A stretch of DNA of 64,000 bases from a bacterium. GTDB lineage: Bacteria > UBA8248. The stretch covers positions 512,001 to 576,000 of the forward strand of contig OZ241996.1 of the NCBI GenBank assembly GCA_965204535.1, read 5' to 3'. Made by a program: the position numbers and the translations under genes. Below are positions 8,981 to 19,778 of this stretch, piece by piece; positions within the stretch are counted from its first letter, which is position 1; each line of letters starts with the position of its first letter. The notes beneath the pieces were generated by a model, which saw only the letters and a program-made list of their open reading frames with translations, was not told the origin of the DNA and did no database searches.

Positions 8981-10696
8981 TCACACTCCCGCTACGATGG
9001 CCATATCCGGCGTTTGCTGCGTTTCCTTGCGCTGGATGATGCGGTGCGAGACGTAGGTCGCGATTCCGACGATGAGCACGGCGATGATGCCGAGCGCGGC
9101 GCCCGGGCCGCGTCCCGCCGCCGACTGCATGAACTCGTAGATGCCGAAGGCGAGCGGGGCGTCCGATTCCTGCGAGACGAGCATGATGGTCGTCGAAAGC
9201 TCGACCGCCGCGGTGGCGAAGCTGGTGACGAAGCCGGCGACGATGCCGCCCGACATGAGCGGCACGACGACCCGGTAGATGGTGCGGCCCTTGGTCGCCC
9301 CCAGGTTCTCGGCGGCCTCTTCAAGCATCACGCTCAACTGCTGCAGCGCCGCGACGCAGGCGCGCAGCGCGTAGGGCAGGCGTCTGATGGCGAGGGCGAC
9401 GACGATGATGACCCACCACGAGGCCAGCGGCTTGTCGATGATCGGCACGTTGAACGCGTAGAAGGTGCGCAGATAGCCGATGCCGAGCACGACGCCGGGG
9501 ATCGCCACCGCCCCCATCGCGGCGTAGTCCAGCCATTTGCGGCCGGCCAGATTCGTGCGCAGGACGATGTAGGCGATGGCCGTGCCGAAAAGGACGTCGA
9601 TGCCCGCGGCGAGGCCGGCGTAGAGCAGCGTGTTCGTGATGAACTCGGATGATTCCGAGACCACGCGCAGATAGTGCGAGAAGGTGTAGGCGTCGGGCAG
9701 CACGCTGAACGACCAGACCGTGCCGAGCGAGAGGATGGCGAGGCCGAAGTGCGGTGAGAGCACCAGCAACAGGATGAAGACGACGACCCCGTAGCAGCCC
9801 GCCTTCTCCCAGGGTCTCAAGTCGCGCTTCATCAGCCCGCCGCCGCCTTTCTGCACAGTGGCGTAGTCCTTGCCCCGAAGCGCCAGGAACGAGATCCACA
9901 GCGCGAGCAGGGAGAAAATGACGAGGATGACCGAAATCACGTAGCCCATGGGGTCCGAGATGCCGATGGAGGCGATTCGCAGGTAGGCCTGGGGCGCCAG
10001 CATGTTGTTGATGTTGAGCAGAAGCGGCGTGCCGATGTCGTCAAAGACTTTCAGGAACACTAAAGACGCGCCCGCGACGTAGCCCGGCATCGCCAGCGGG
10101 AACACGATGCGCCGGAACAGGCGCACCCCGCTCGCGCCGAGGTTCTGGGCGGATTCCTCCATCGACCGGTCGATGCTGTTGAGCGAGGCCGAGAGGTTCA
10201 TGAGGATGAACGGGAAATAATGGATGCTCTCGACCAGGATGACGCCGTTCAGGCCTTCCATGAAGGGAATCGTGAAGCCGAACCACTCATCCAGCAGCAG
10301 GTTGACCGAGCCGTTCTCGCCGAGCAGCAGGAGCATCGCCACCGCGCCGACGAAAGGCGGCATGATGAGCGGGAGCACGCCCAGCGTCTGGATGAGGATC
10401 GCCCCGCCGAAATGGAAGCGCGTCGTGAAATAGGAGAGCGGGAGTGCAAAAACCGACGCCAGCACCACCGCCATCAATGCGACGTAGATCGAATTGATGG
10501 CGGATTCCTGGAACAGGCTGTTGCGGAAGAAGTCGACGAAGTTGATGAGCGTCAGCGCGCCCGTATTCGGGTCCTGGAAGGCGACGTAGACCACGTTCAC
10601 GACAGGCACGACCAGGAAGGCGAGCAGGAACAGGCCGACGATGAGGCCCACCGCCGCCGGCCCCCACTGGCCGCGCGCCATCGCTTCCAGAGACAT
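8981..10696 (-). CDS. ABC transporter permease, fused double domain (FbpB-like)
   Basis: Many TM helices, two EAA loops (EESAQNLGA, EEAAENLGA). Confidence 0.9.
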   Translation of the reverse strand: MSLEAMARGQWGPAAVGLIVGLFLLAFLVVPVVNVVYVAFQDPNTGALTLINFVDFFRNSLFQESAINSIYVALMAVVLASVFALPLSYFTTRFHFGGAILIQTLGVLPLIMPPFVGAVAMLLLLGENGSVNLLLDEWFGFTIPFMEGLNGVILVESIHYFPFILMNLSASLNSIDRSMEESAQNLGASGVRLFRRIVFPLAMPGYVAGASLVFLKVFDDIGTPLLLNINNMLAPQAYLRIASIGISDPMGYVISVILVIFSLLALWISFLALRGKDYATVQKGGGGLMKRDLRPWEKAGCYGVVVFILLLVLSPHFGLAILSLGTVWSFSVLPDAYTFSHYLRVVSESSEFITNTLLYAGLAAGIDVLFGTAIAYIVLRTNLAGRKWLDYAAMGAVAIPGVVLGIGYLRTFYAFNVPIIDKPLASWWVIIVVALAIRRLPYALRACVAALQQLSVMLEEAAENLGATKGRTIYRVVVPLMSGGIVAGFVTSFATAAVELSTTIMLVSQESDAPLAFGIYEFMQSAAGRGPGAALGIIAVLIVGIATYVSHRIIQRKETQQTPDMAIVAGV

Positions 10697-10726
10697 TCTT
10701 TCCCCTTCTCCGCGCAGGCTTCAGGG

Positions 10727-12076
10727 CTAGAGCATGGACGCCGCCTTCTCGGCCAGCGCCCTGGCCTTGGCGTAGTTGGCCTTGACCTGCGCGTCCCATT
10801 CGCGTTCGATCTCCGCCTGGCGTCCCGTCACCTTCGTGGTCGCCTTCTTGCGCTTCTTCTTGAAGATCGCGTTGAATTCCTTTTTGCTCGCCTGGGCCGC
10901 GGTGATCGGCACCTTGGCGACGAGCGCCTTGGCCTCGTCGATCAGCTTCTTCGCCGCCATGTTTTTCTTGCCGCCCATCTGCGCCTCTGCGGCCTGGATG
11001 GCCTTGGTCGCCGCGCGCAGATCGCTTAAGCGGTAGGTGACCATCACGTCGAAGAGCGAGTTGATGACGTTGTAGCGGTTTTTGGAGAGCTGCAGGTCGA
11101 ACTTGACCGCTGCGCCGATGGACTTGTCCTTGAACGGGTTCGGGAAGTCTTTGGGCGCTTTGGCGTATGTCGCCGGGTTCACGGGCAGCCGCCTGATTTT
11201 CTTGTCGAGCAGCACTTCCTGTCCCGCGGGCGTGAGCAGGAACTCGATGAACGCCGCCGCGGCCTTGGGATGCGGCGCGTTCTTGACGATGGCGATGTTC
11301 GCGGGCACCAGCGTCGTCACCGGCGGGTAGATGAATTTCACCGGAAAACCCGAAGCCTCGGACGAGAGCCCAAAGAAGTCGATCACGATGCCGAGGCCGA
11401 ACTGGCCGGAGTTGACGCCGTCGGGCACGCCGAAGCTGCGCTCGGTGACGGTCTTGAAGTTGCCGGCGATGGCCTTCCACTCCGCCCAGCCTTTCTCCCA
11501 GCCCTTGCCCTGCAGGAGGGTTTCGACGGTCAGGTGGGTGGTGCCCGAGCGCGAAGGCGCGCTCATGCCGACGTGGCCGTGATAGACGGGATTCGCCAGA
11601 TCGGCCCAGGTCTTGGGTTCCGGCAGCTTCTTGGCCTTCAAGTAGCGGGTGTTCCACATGATGCCGTAGCCCGACGCCGCGAACCCCTTGTAGTAGCCCT
11701 CGGGGTCGTTGATCGGAAAGGCGCCCACCTTCTTGGGGATGCCCTTCACCTTGACCGTGTATTTCTGCAGGAGGTTGTCGCCCTTGAGGACCTCGAAGGC
11801 GTCGGGCGCGGATGCCCAGAACATGTCGGAGCGGTTGTTCGAAGCCGTCTCTTGTAAGTACTTGATGCCGGCGGTGGTCTTTTTCTTGAGCATCTCGACC
11901 TTGACGCCGGGGTGTTTCTTCTCGAAGGCCTTCTTGACGGTGGTCGTCGTATCCGGCGGATAGGACGTCACGATGACGAGTTTTTTCTCGAGCGCGACCG
12001 CGCCGAGGGGCGCCGCCAGGACGGCCAGTGCGAAGCCGAACGCGATGGCCCAGAGAGTCGTTCTCTTGATGGTCAT
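10727..12076 (-). CDS. ABC transporter substrate-binding protein (FbpA/PgtC-like)
   Basis: Signal peptide, PSRSGT, AAAFIEFLL; first gene of the ABC operon. Confidence 0.85.
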   Translation of the reverse strand: MTIKRTTLWAIAFGFALAVLAAPLGAVALEKKLVIVTSYPPDTTTTVKKAFEKKHPGVKVEMLKKKTTAGIKYLQETASNNRSDMFWASAPDAFEVLKGDNLLQKYTVKVKGIPKKVGAFPINDPEGYYKGFAASGYGIMWNTRYLKAKKLPEPKTWADLANPVYHGHVGMSAPSRSGTTHLTVETLLQGKGWEKGWAEWKAIAGNFKTVTERSFGVPDGVNSGQFGLGIVIDFFGLSSEASGFPVKFIYPPVTTLVPANIAIVKNAPHPKAAAAFIEFLLTPAGQEVLLDKKIRRLPVNPATYAKAPKDFPNPFKDKSIGAAVKFDLQLSKNRYNVINSLFDVMVTYRLSDLRAATKAIQAAEAQMGGKKNMAAKKLIDEAKALVAKVPITAAQASKKEFNAIFKKKRKKATTKVTGRQAEIEREWDAQVKANYAKARALAEKAASML

Positions 12077-12284
12077 AGGATTATCCTCCTCGTTTTCCCA
12101 AAGGGGGCTTGTGTGTCAAGCGTCTTCAGTTTTCACAGTGAATCCGACATAATTCGGAGCCGGGAGTATACCACAAATAGCGCCAAAACAAGCGGCGAAA
12201 CCTATGCCGCAGGCGCAGAATGAGTGCGCGCTTTCGGGGGCTCCGCCTGAGACTTTTATCCCTTCACTGCGGAGCCTGCCCGCG

Positions 12285-12884
12285 CTATGACTTGTTCAAC
12301 TCCACGTCGATGGCGATGCGCACCTCGTTGCCCACGACGAGCCCGCCCGTCTCGATCAGGCGGTTGTACTTCACCCCGAAATCCTTGCGGTTGATCCGCG
12401 TGGTGGCGCTCGCGCCCATCTTGACGGTCCCGCGCCCCGTGGTGACCTCCCCGCTGATGTCGGCCACCTTGAGGACCACCTCTTTCGTGACGCCCCGGAT
12501 GGTCAGGTCGCCGACGAGTTCGAGGCCCTCCGGTCCCGCATTTTTCACGGATTTGGACTTGAACGTGATGGTGGGGTGTTTCTCGACGAGCAGGAAGTCG
12601 TCGTTCCGCAGATGGTTGTCGCGCCGCGCGTTGCGCGTGTTGATCGAGTCGGCGTCGATGACGATGTCCGCAGCCGCGGCGCCGGGGTTCTTCCGATCAA
12701 AACGGACCTTTCCCGAAACTCTCTGGAATTCCCCCTGCACCCAGGTGACGCCCAGGTGGCGCACCTTGAAGGAGACCGTCGTGTGGGTGGGGTCGATCCT
12801 CCAGTCGGCGGCTTGGGCGAGAGCGGGAGCTGTCAGCCATGCCGCCGCGATGAGCGCTGCTGCATATTTCGCGAATCTGTTCAT
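12285..12884 (-). CDS. YceI family protein
   Basis: Signal peptide, WRIDPTH, RDNHLR..DF, GDLTIRGVTK. Confidence 0.92.
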   Translation of the reverse strand: MNRFAKYAAALIAAAWLTAPALAQAADWRIDPTHTTVSFKVRHLGVTWVQGEFQRVSGKVRFDRKNPGAAAADIVIDADSINTRNARRDNHLRNDDFLLVEKHPTITFKSKSVKNAGPEGLELVGDLTIRGVTKEVVLKVADISGEVTTGRGTVKMGASATTRINRKDFGVKYNRLIETGGLVVGNEVRIAIDVELNKS

Positions 12885-13013
12885 GAGTAATTCCTCTGTA
12901 TGAATGGGTACCGGCGGCAAGAACGCGCATGATTTTAGGCGCGATGGCGCAAATGCGCAATGACGGGGAGGTATTCCATTTTCATACAGCGTCGATTCGG
13001 ATTCGCATCCGGG

Positions 13014-13455
13014 GGGGATGTTGAAAAAGGCCCCTTTTCAGGGGATAAAGGCAACCCCCCCCTTGACAGGGGGGCTTTAGCAACAACCCCACACATGCGT
13101 CGCTTTGCTTTTGATCGTCATTCCGGCGAATGCCGGAATCCAGAGCCGATGAGAGAATCCTGGGTTCAGGGAATCCCGCCGCGCATATCGGATCGCCGAA
13201 TGATGGATTTTTTTCCACTCATGTCCGCCTGGATTCCGGCATTCGCCGGAATGACGAACGAAACTGCGCCGCCTCATCCTGAGTAGCGGCGGAGCCGCGT
13301 ATCGAAGGATGCCCGCTCGTACCGGCGCGAGCCACTCGCTCTTCGATACAAACGCTCCTTTCTCAGTCACGTTTTACCTTCGGCAGCTACTCAGGGTGAG
13401 GAAAGAGGCGTTGGCGATTTTCAGGGGTCGAATACGGGACTTTTTCAAGATCCCT
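13014..13455. mobile_element. Composite MITE-like element with IS1182-type ends and several palindrome classes
   Basis: GGGGATGTTGAAAAA ... TTTTTCAAGATCCCT; interior GTCATTCCGGC pair 13116-13256 and CTCATCCTGAG...CTCAGGGTGAG. Confidence 0.6.
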
Positions 13456-13511
13456 CAGGGCAGGCTTGTCCGGCGTTTCGTTTCCCGACGACCGGCCCCG
13501 GCGTTGCTTCG

Positions 13512-13883
13512 CTATGCGTCTCCATACCGTTGCGGGGATTCTTCCTCCGTCTTTCGCCCCTCCAGGTACTTGCCGTACTCATCGTGCGCCGTCTCGTCGC
13601 ACAGATCCGGCCCGCGTTTATACGCCGCCCGCGATATCAGGTGCGCGGCGACGGGCGCGGTCAGGAAGAGGAAGAAAATGGCCAGAAGCGCCTGCGTCGT
13701 GACGGCGGCGCTCTGGAAGATGAGGCTGGCGCCCAGGAGGATGCCGCCCATGCCGAAGGTCGTCGCCTTGGTGGCCGCGTGCATGCGGCAGTAGACGTCG
13801 GGCAGGCGGATGAGGCCGATGCTGGCGACCAGCATGAAGAACGAGCCTCCCAGCAGCAGGACGGCGGCGAGTGCGTCACTCAA
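13512..13883 (-). CDS. mrpG: Mrp Na+/H+ antiporter subunit G
   Basis: RLPDVYCRMHAATK, FLTAPVAAH; operon position; TTG start inferred. Confidence 0.9.
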   Translation of the reverse strand: MSDALAAVLLLGGSFFMLVASIGLIRLPDVYCRMHAATKATTFGMGGILLGASLIFQSAAVTTQALLAIFFLFLTAPVAAHLISRAAYKRGPDLCDETAHDEYGKYLEGRKTEEESPQRYGDA

Positions 13884-14145
13884 TGATCTTCCCCCTCTCC
13901 AAAAACTTCGCATACACCGTCGTGCCCACGAAGCTCAGGATCGCCAGGGCCAGCACGGCGATGATGAACAGCTTGTTGTGCGTCTGGATGGCGAACAGCG
14001 CGATGACGCCCAAGACGTTCGTGGCGAGGGTGTCCGCCGCCACCACGCGGTCCGACGTCGTGGGGCCCTTGGCGAGGCGGATGAACGCCAAGAGCACCGA
14101 TGCGCCCATCATGACGAGGCTTATCTGAACGGCGAGCGCTATCAT
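13876..14145 (-). CDS. mrpF: Mrp antiporter subunit F
   Basis: GPTTSDRVVAAD, SFVGT. Confidence 0.9.
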   Translation of the reverse strand: MIALAVQISLVMMGASVLLAFIRLAKGPTTSDRVVAADTLATNVLGVIALFAIQTHNKLFIIAVLALAILSFVGTTVYAKFLERGKIIE

Positions 14146-14615
14146 TCCACGGCTCCCACGATGGGTTCTTCCAGCCCCTCCCGGATGCCCTCGGCCACCT
14201 CGTCGGGGTGGTCGATGTCCAGCGTGTGGACGAATATCGTCTCATCGTCATCCGACACGTCGATGCTCAGCGTGCCGGGCGTGAGCGTGATGGAGTTCGC
14301 CAGCATCGTCACGCCCAGGGGCGTCTTGCAGACCGTCTTGTAGGGGATGATGCCCGGCCGAATGGATAATTTGGGCGAGAGGACGATCTTCAGCACCTGG
14401 ACGTTGGCGATGAGAAGCTCCCAGGTGAAGCTCCGCAAGTATCTGAAATAGCTGCCGATGCGGAAGAACGTCCTGTCCTGGTAGTAGGATTTCTTGAGGA
14501 AGCGGATGATGAAGATCGCCATGATCAGCCCGACGAAGAAATGCCCCGGCGTCGCGCTCCCGTGCAGGAATATCCAGATGGTGGCGATGGTGAATGCGAG
14601 CGTGGCGAGCGGCAT
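14142..14615 (-). CDS. mrpE: Mrp antiporter subunit E
   Basis: LANSITLTPGT motif. Confidence 0.92.
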   Translation of the reverse strand: MPLATLAFTIATIWIFLHGSATPGHFFVGLIMAIFIIRFLKKSYYQDRTFFRIGSYFRYLRSFTWELLIANVQVLKIVLSPKLSIRPGIIPYKTVCKTPLGVTMLANSITLTPGTLSIDVSDDDETIFVHTLDIDHPDEVAEGIREGLEEPIVGAVE

Positions 14616-14627
14616 CAGGCGTCTCTC

Positions 14628-16103
14628 CTATCCCAAATCCCGCATGGCGGCGATGTAGAGTTCGGGCTTCGTGATCTGGGCGGCCACGAGCTGCGCCCAC
14701 TCGAAGAGCCAGTAGGCGCCCACGCCGAAGATGACCGCGAAGGCCGAGAGGAAGGCGACCGAGCCGTATATCCCTGCGCCCGCCGCCCCGACCTCGCCGC
14801 CGCCCGTCCCCCAGGCGTAGCGCTGGTACGTCGTGAAATTATAATAAAGCGATATCACGCCGAATCCCAGGGCGATCCCCGTCGCGAGAATCGCGCCCTG
14901 TGAGAACCCCGCCTGGAGCACGAAGAGTTTGGCGAAAAAGCCCGTGAACGGCGGAAAGCCCGCCAGGGAGAGGAACCCCACGAGCATCAAAAGGCTCGCG
15001 AAGGGCGCCTTGCCCATCATGCCGCCCATCTCTTCGAGATCGACCGTGCCGGTGAGCTTCTGGTTCAGCCCCGCGCCGAGCAGCATCGCGCTTTTCAAGT
15101 ACGCGTGGCCGACGATGTAGAAGACCGCCGCCGCGAGGCCGGCCTGGGAGAGCAGGGCGACGCCGAAGGCGATGTAGCCCAGCTGGTTGATGGTGCTGTA
15201 GGCCAGGATGCGCTTGATGCTCGTCTGGGGCAGGGTGCCGAGCGCGCCCATGGCGATGGTCAGGAGGCACAGGAGGATCAGTCCGGGTTGCAGTATCAAA
15301 AACGCGGCCGGGAAGATGAGCGTGGCGCAGCGGATGATGGAGTAGATGCCCACCTTGACGAGCACGCCCGCGAGGATCGCGCTGATGGGGGTGGGCGATA
15401 TAGAGTGCGCAGACGGCAGCCACAGGTGCATGGGGAAGATCGCCGCCTTCACGCTGAAGACGAAGACGAAGACGAGCGCCGTCACCACCATCAGGGGCGT
15501 CGGCCCCAGGAGCTTTATCTTTACGGCCAGGTCGGCCATGTTCACCGTGCCCACCTGGGCGTAGAGCAGCGAGACGCCCAGCAGGAAAAGCGCCGATGCG
15601 ATCAGGTTCAGGCAGGTGTACTTGAAGGCCATCTCGAGCTGGTCGAGGTTGTAGTAAAAGCCCAGAAGCGCGTAGGTGGACATGAGCATGACTTCGAAGA
15701 AGACGAACAGGTTGAACAGGTCGCCCGTGATGAAGCAGCCCTGCATCCCCATCAGCAGGAAATGGAGCAGCGGATGAAAGGCCTCTTTACGCTGTTCGTC
15801 CGTGAGGTAGCTCCTCGCGAAGACCGCGCACGCCCCGACGATGGAGGAGGAGAGACACAAGAGCGTCGCGGCGAGCCTGTCCGCCGCCAGGACGATGGCG
15901 TACGGGAAAGGCCACAGCCCCATCCGGTGGACGAAGATCGTCCCGTCCGCCGTCGCGTGCAGGAGCACCCCTGCGAAGATCAGGTTCGCCAGCAGGGCGA
16001 GCAGGCTCACCGATTCCTGCAGCGCGCGGTTCTTTCTGACGAGGAACAGGAACGTGCCCACCGCCAGCGGCAAGACGACGAAGGTCGGGAAGAAGGCGTT
16101 CAT
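14628..16103 (-). CDS. mrpD: Mrp antiporter subunit D
   Basis: TGDLFNLFVFFEV, HLWLP, LVKVG. Confidence 0.92.
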   Translation of the reverse strand: MNAFFPTFVVLPLAVGTFLFLVRKNRALQESVSLLALLANLIFAGVLLHATADGTIFVHRMGLWPFPYAIVLAADRLAATLLCLSSSIVGACAVFARSYLTDEQRKEAFHPLLHFLLMGMQGCFITGDLFNLFVFFEVMLMSTYALLGFYYNLDQLEMAFKYTCLNLIASALFLLGVSLLYAQVGTVNMADLAVKIKLLGPTPLMVVTALVFVFVFSVKAAIFPMHLWLPSAHSISPTPISAILAGVLVKVGIYSIIRCATLIFPAAFLILQPGLILLCLLTIAMGALGTLPQTSIKRILAYSTINQLGYIAFGVALLSQAGLAAAVFYIVGHAYLKSAMLLGAGLNQKLTGTVDLEEMGGMMGKAPFASLLMLVGFLSLAGFPPFTGFFAKLFVLQAGFSQGAILATGIALGFGVISLYYNFTTYQRYAWGTGGGEVGAAGAGIYGSVAFLSAFAVIFGVGAYWLFEWAQLVAAQITKPELYIAAMRDLG

Positions 16104-16450
16104 CCCTTGAGCCTCCTGATCTCGTCGATGTCGTCGGTGCCGAACTTCTTGTAGGTGAAGAACGCCAGCACGAGCAGGAACGCCGTCACGGCCAGGCTGA
16201 TGACGATGGCGGTCAGCACCATGGCCTGGGGCAGGGGGTCGACGTAGGCGAACGGGTCGAGCGGGCCGCCCGTTTTGGGGACGATGGGCGCCTTGCCGTC
16301 CCCCACCCAGCCCGAAGCGACGATCATCAGGTTCGCGGCGTGGCTTAGCACCGCCATGCCGAGCACCACCTGAATGATCCTGCGCTGCATGATGAGGTAG
16401 GAAGCCACCGTCACCAGCACGCCGATGATCATCGCCAGTATCCAGACCAT
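16100..16450 (-). CDS. mrpC: Mrp antiporter subunit C
   Basis: DPLPQAMVLTAIVI. Confidence 0.93.
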   Translation of the reverse strand: MVWILAMIIGVLVTVASYLIMQRRIIQVVLGMAVLSHAANLMIVASGWVGDGKAPIVPKTGGPLDPFAYVDPLPQAMVLTAIVISLAVTAFLLVLAFFTYKKFGTDDIDEIRRLKG

Positions 16451-16488
16451 TTCATAACTCCTGCGTGTTTTTCCGTCCTACGCAGTTT

Positions 16489-16559
16489 GTAGGGGTCGCA
16501 TATATGCGACCCTGCTTTTTACGCCTGCCGACCATGGGCCGCATATATGCGGCCCCTAC
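16489..16559. repeat. Inverted GTAG REP doublet inside the mrp operon
   Basis: GTAGGGGTCGCATATATGCGACCC ... GGGCCGCATATATGCGGCCCCTAC. Confidence 0.8.
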
Positions 16560-16597
16560 ACGACCAATCACAACCGCTCCCGCTCGATTCCTCAACC

Positions 16598-17023
16598 TCA
16601 TGAATCCTTCGCCTCCTCCTCGCAGAGGTTGGTGAAGATGCACATCACCACCCCGACCACCACGCCGTACACGCCCACGTCGAACAGGAACGCGGTGAAC
16701 AGCTCCACGTCGCCGATGAAGGGCAGGGCGAAGCGGTAGATCGAGCTCTTGAGATACGCGCCTTTTATATAGCCCCACACTCCCGTGAGGGTGGAGAGCG
16801 CGAGCCCCGCCAGGAAGATTCCCTCGTAGGGCCAGTTGAACCGCCGCCGGCCTTCTTCCGCGTCCACCGCCACCCACTGGAGCACGATGCCCACCGACGT
16901 CATCAGCCCCGCGATGAACCCGCCGCCCGGCTGGTTGTGGCCGTAGATGAGCAGGAACATGGAGAAGAGCAGCGTCAGGTGCAGCACGACGGGCGCTATC
17001 GTCTGGAGGATCAGTGATCGCAT
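16598..17023 (-). CDS. mrpB: Mrp antiporter subunit B
   Basis: [15 protein letters not shown]. Confidence 0.92.
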   Translation of the reverse strand: MRSLILQTIAPVVLHLTLLFSMFLLIYGHNQPGGGFIAGLMTSVGIVLQWVAVDAEEGRRRFNWPYEGIFLAGLALSTLTGVWGYIKGAYLKSSIYRFALPFIGDVELFTAFLFDVGVYGVVVGVVMCIFTNLCEEEAKDS

Positions 17024-19356
17024 TTCATCTCTCCCACCAGCCGCATGAGGGCGTAAATCGCGATGCCGGCGATGACCAGCACGGTGATCTCCCCCAAGGT
17101 GTCGTAGCCTCGGTAATCGACGATGATGGCGTTCACCACGTTCTTGAAGCCGGCCACCGGCTTGCTCGTGCGCATGAAGTAATCGGCAATCGTGCGGAAC
17201 TTGTGCGTGTTCATGGCGGCGGCCATGACGAGCGTCGTGCAGACGCCGAGACCGATTGCGATGCCCCAGTCCCTTATCTTCTTCGCCGCCGAGCGCGGGA
17301 CGGGCTTGAGCTCGGGCAGGTAGTAGAACACCAGCAGGAAGAGCACGACCGAAGCGGATTCGACCATGATCTGGGTGAGGGCCAGATCGGGCGCTTTCAA
17401 GAGCAGGAACAGCCCCGCGATGCCGTAGCCCATCGTGCCGAGGGCGAGGATAGCCGCGATCCTTCGCTTGAACAGCGCCGTGGCGAGGGCCGCGCCCGCG
17501 ATCATGAGCGCGATCACGACGAGGAGAAACGACGCCCCCGCGAACCCTTTGGGGAAGACGTTCGTCCCCCAGTCCATTCGCCAGACGAGATAGAGGACGC
17601 AGACGGTGGGCAGGACGAACATCCAGCGCATGTAGCGCCTCAGGTTCCCGTCCTGGATGAGCATGAGGATCTCCCAGGTGCCATTTCTCAGCCAGTTCAC
17701 GAAGCCGTCATAGATTCTGTCGGGCGCGGGGGCGTTCCCCCAGATGCGGGCGCAGGCGTCGAGGGCGGTCTTGACGTGTGCGAAGCCGAAGTAGAGCGCC
17801 AGTCCCAGCGCCATGGTGATGACCGACATGATCAAGGGCATGTTCACCCCGTGCCAGAGGCCGAGGTGAAGTTCGATACTCGCCCCGCCGCCCAGGGTGG
17901 CGGAAGCGGCGGGGGCCACGATGGCGTTTTCGATCAGGCCCGGCGCCAGACCGAAAGCAAGTGCTAAGACAACAAGTATCGCGGGCGCCGCCAGCATACC
18001 GAGCGGCGGGTCGTGTGGATGCTTGGGCGCTTCGCCTTCCGCCGCCTGCCAGTAGGGCTCGCTTAAAAACCTCAGGTGATAGAGCGCGGTGAACACGCCC
18101 GCGAATACGGTCAGGTACGGCCAGAACCACGCCCAGCTTCCCGGGCCGCCGGGGTGGAGGCTGACTTCGTAGAGCATCTCCTTGGTGATGAACCCGCCCA
18201 TGGGCGGTATGCCGATGAGGCTGAGCGCCGCGATGACGGCGAGGACGTGCGTCTTCGGCATGAGCTTTCTTAAGTTCCCCAAGAGCCGCACGTCGCGCGT
18301 GCCCGCCTCGTGGTCGATGATGCCCACCGTCATGAACATCGCCGCCTTGGCCGCCGCGTGGTTGTAGAGGTGGAGCGTCGCGCCGATGATCGCCCCCTTC
18401 CCGCCGTAGCCCAGGAAGGTGACGATGAGGCCGAGCTGGCTGATGGTCCCGTAGGCCAGAATCGCCTTGAGGTCATACGCCCTGAGCGACAACAAACCCC
18501 CCGCTATCATCGTCGTCATGCCGAAGCCCGTCACCACGTAGCCCCAGGCGGGGTGCGCGCCCAGGATGGGGTAGAAGCGCGAGAGGAGATAGATGCCCGC
18601 CTTCACCATGGTGGCCGAGTGCAGGAACGCGCTGATGGGCGTGGGCGCTTCCATGGCGTTGGGCAGCCAGATGTGGAAGGGCCACTGCGCGCTCTTGGTG
18701 GCAGCACCCAGGATGATCAATAGGAAGACGCCGAGCGACACCTGGCTCGCTATGGCAGGATCCAGCACGAGTTGCGATAGCCGCCACTCGCCCGCCACGT
18801 CGCCCAGGAGCAAAAATCCCCCGAGCATGGCGAGGCCGCCGCTGCCCGTGATGAGGATGGCCTTGGTCGCGCCGTAGTTCGATGCGTCCCTGTCCGACCA
18901 GAAGCCGATGAGGAAGAACGAGGTGATGCTCGTGAGCTCCCAGAAGATGAACAGCGATATCAGGTGATCGGAAAACACCACGCCCAGCATCGAGCCCATG
19001 AACGCGATGAGAAAGCCGTAGTAGCGCCCGAGCGCCTCGTGTTCATGGAGATACCAGTGGGAGTAGAGGACGATGAGCGCGCCCATGCCCGCCACGAGAA
19101 GCCCCCACATGAGGCTCAACCCGTCCACCATGAAGGAGATTTCCACGTTCGCGGCAGGGACCCAGGCGATGGCGCGCGTGAAGGTCTCGTGCCCGCCGGC
19201 CGCCCATTCGCCGTAAAGATTAAAGAGCGCCCAGGTACTGACTACGGGCGCGACCATGGCGAACCACGCGGCGTGTTTTCTGAAACGCTCTGCGAACCAG
19301 GGGATGATGAGGGCGGCTGCGAACGGGAAGAACACGATGATGAAGGTGTTGTCCAA
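17011..19356 (-). CDS. mrpA: Mrp antiporter subunit A
   Basis: [38 protein letters not shown]; TTG start at 19356 inferred (ORF is open to 19452). Confidence 0.92.
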   Translation of the reverse strand: MDNTFIIVFFPFAAALIIPWFAERFRKHAAWFAMVAPVVSTWALFNLYGEWAAGGHETFTRAIAWVPAANVEISFMVDGLSLMWGLLVAGMGALIVLYSHWYLHEHEALGRYYGFLIAFMGSMLGVVFSDHLISLFIFWELTSITSFFLIGFWSDRDASNYGATKAILITGSGGLAMLGGFLLLGDVAGEWRLSQLVLDPAIASQVSLGVFLLIILGAATKSAQWPFHIWLPNAMEAPTPISAFLHSATMVKAGIYLLSRFYPILGAHPAWGYVVTGFGMTTMIAGGLLSLRAYDLKAILAYGTISQLGLIVTFLGYGGKGAIIGATLHLYNHAAAKAAMFMTVGIIDHEAGTRDVRLLGNLRKLMPKTHVLAVIAALSLIGIPPMGGFITKEMLYEVSLHPGGPGSWAWFWPYLTVFAGVFTALYHLRFLSEPYWQAAEGEAPKHPHDPPLGMLAAPAILVVLALAFGLAPGLIENAIVAPAASATLGGGASIELHLGLWHGVNMPLIMSVITMALGLALYFGFAHVKTALDACARIWGNAPAPDRIYDGFVNWLRNGTWEILMLIQDGNLRRYMRWMFVLPTVCVLYLVWRMDWGTNVFPKGFAGASFLLVVIALMIAGAALATALFKRRIAAILALGTMGYGIAGLFLLLKAPDLALTQIMVESASVVLFLLVFYYLPELKPVPRSAAKKIRDWGIAIGLGVCTTLVMAAAMNTHKFRTIADYFMRTSKPVAGFKNVVNAIIVDYRGYDTLGEITVLVIAGIAIYALMRLVGEMKCDH

Positions 19357-19469
19357 AACGAGCGCCCTTCGGGAGTGGTTTTCTTTGAGCCGAATACCAG
19401 GCCTTGCGTTTTGCGCTTCGGTGATAATGGCATAATCTCTTGCATCGGACAACGAAGCGCCGACCTCCT

Positions 19470-19746
19470 TCGTTGAAAGGCAACCCCCCCTACCCCCCCT
19501 TATCAGGGGGGTAAAAAGAGAAAGTCCCCCTTGTCAGGGGGGTATAAAAAGGCGATGTCCCCCGGCGAGGGGGTGAAAGAAAAGCCCCCATGTCAGGGGG
19601 TAAAAAAGGCGATGCGCCCTCACCGCGCTGAGGGGGTTTTGATTTTTCTTGCCCCCCTGACAAGGGGGGGTAGGGGGGGTTGCTTTTATGGGGTTTCCCT
19701 TTCGAGGGGGTTGCCATTACCCTCTCAGGGGTTTTTCAATAACCCC
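19470..19746. repeat. C/G-run hairpin repeat (CCCCCCTACCCCCCTTNTCAGGGGGG type) with an IS1182-like right end
   Basis: Homologous to 20588-20815 and 13014-13090; ends GTTTTTCAATAACCCC; left end degenerate. Confidence 0.7.
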
Positions 19747-19778
19747 CTTCCGAGCGGAACTACAAGGAGGCTTCCATC

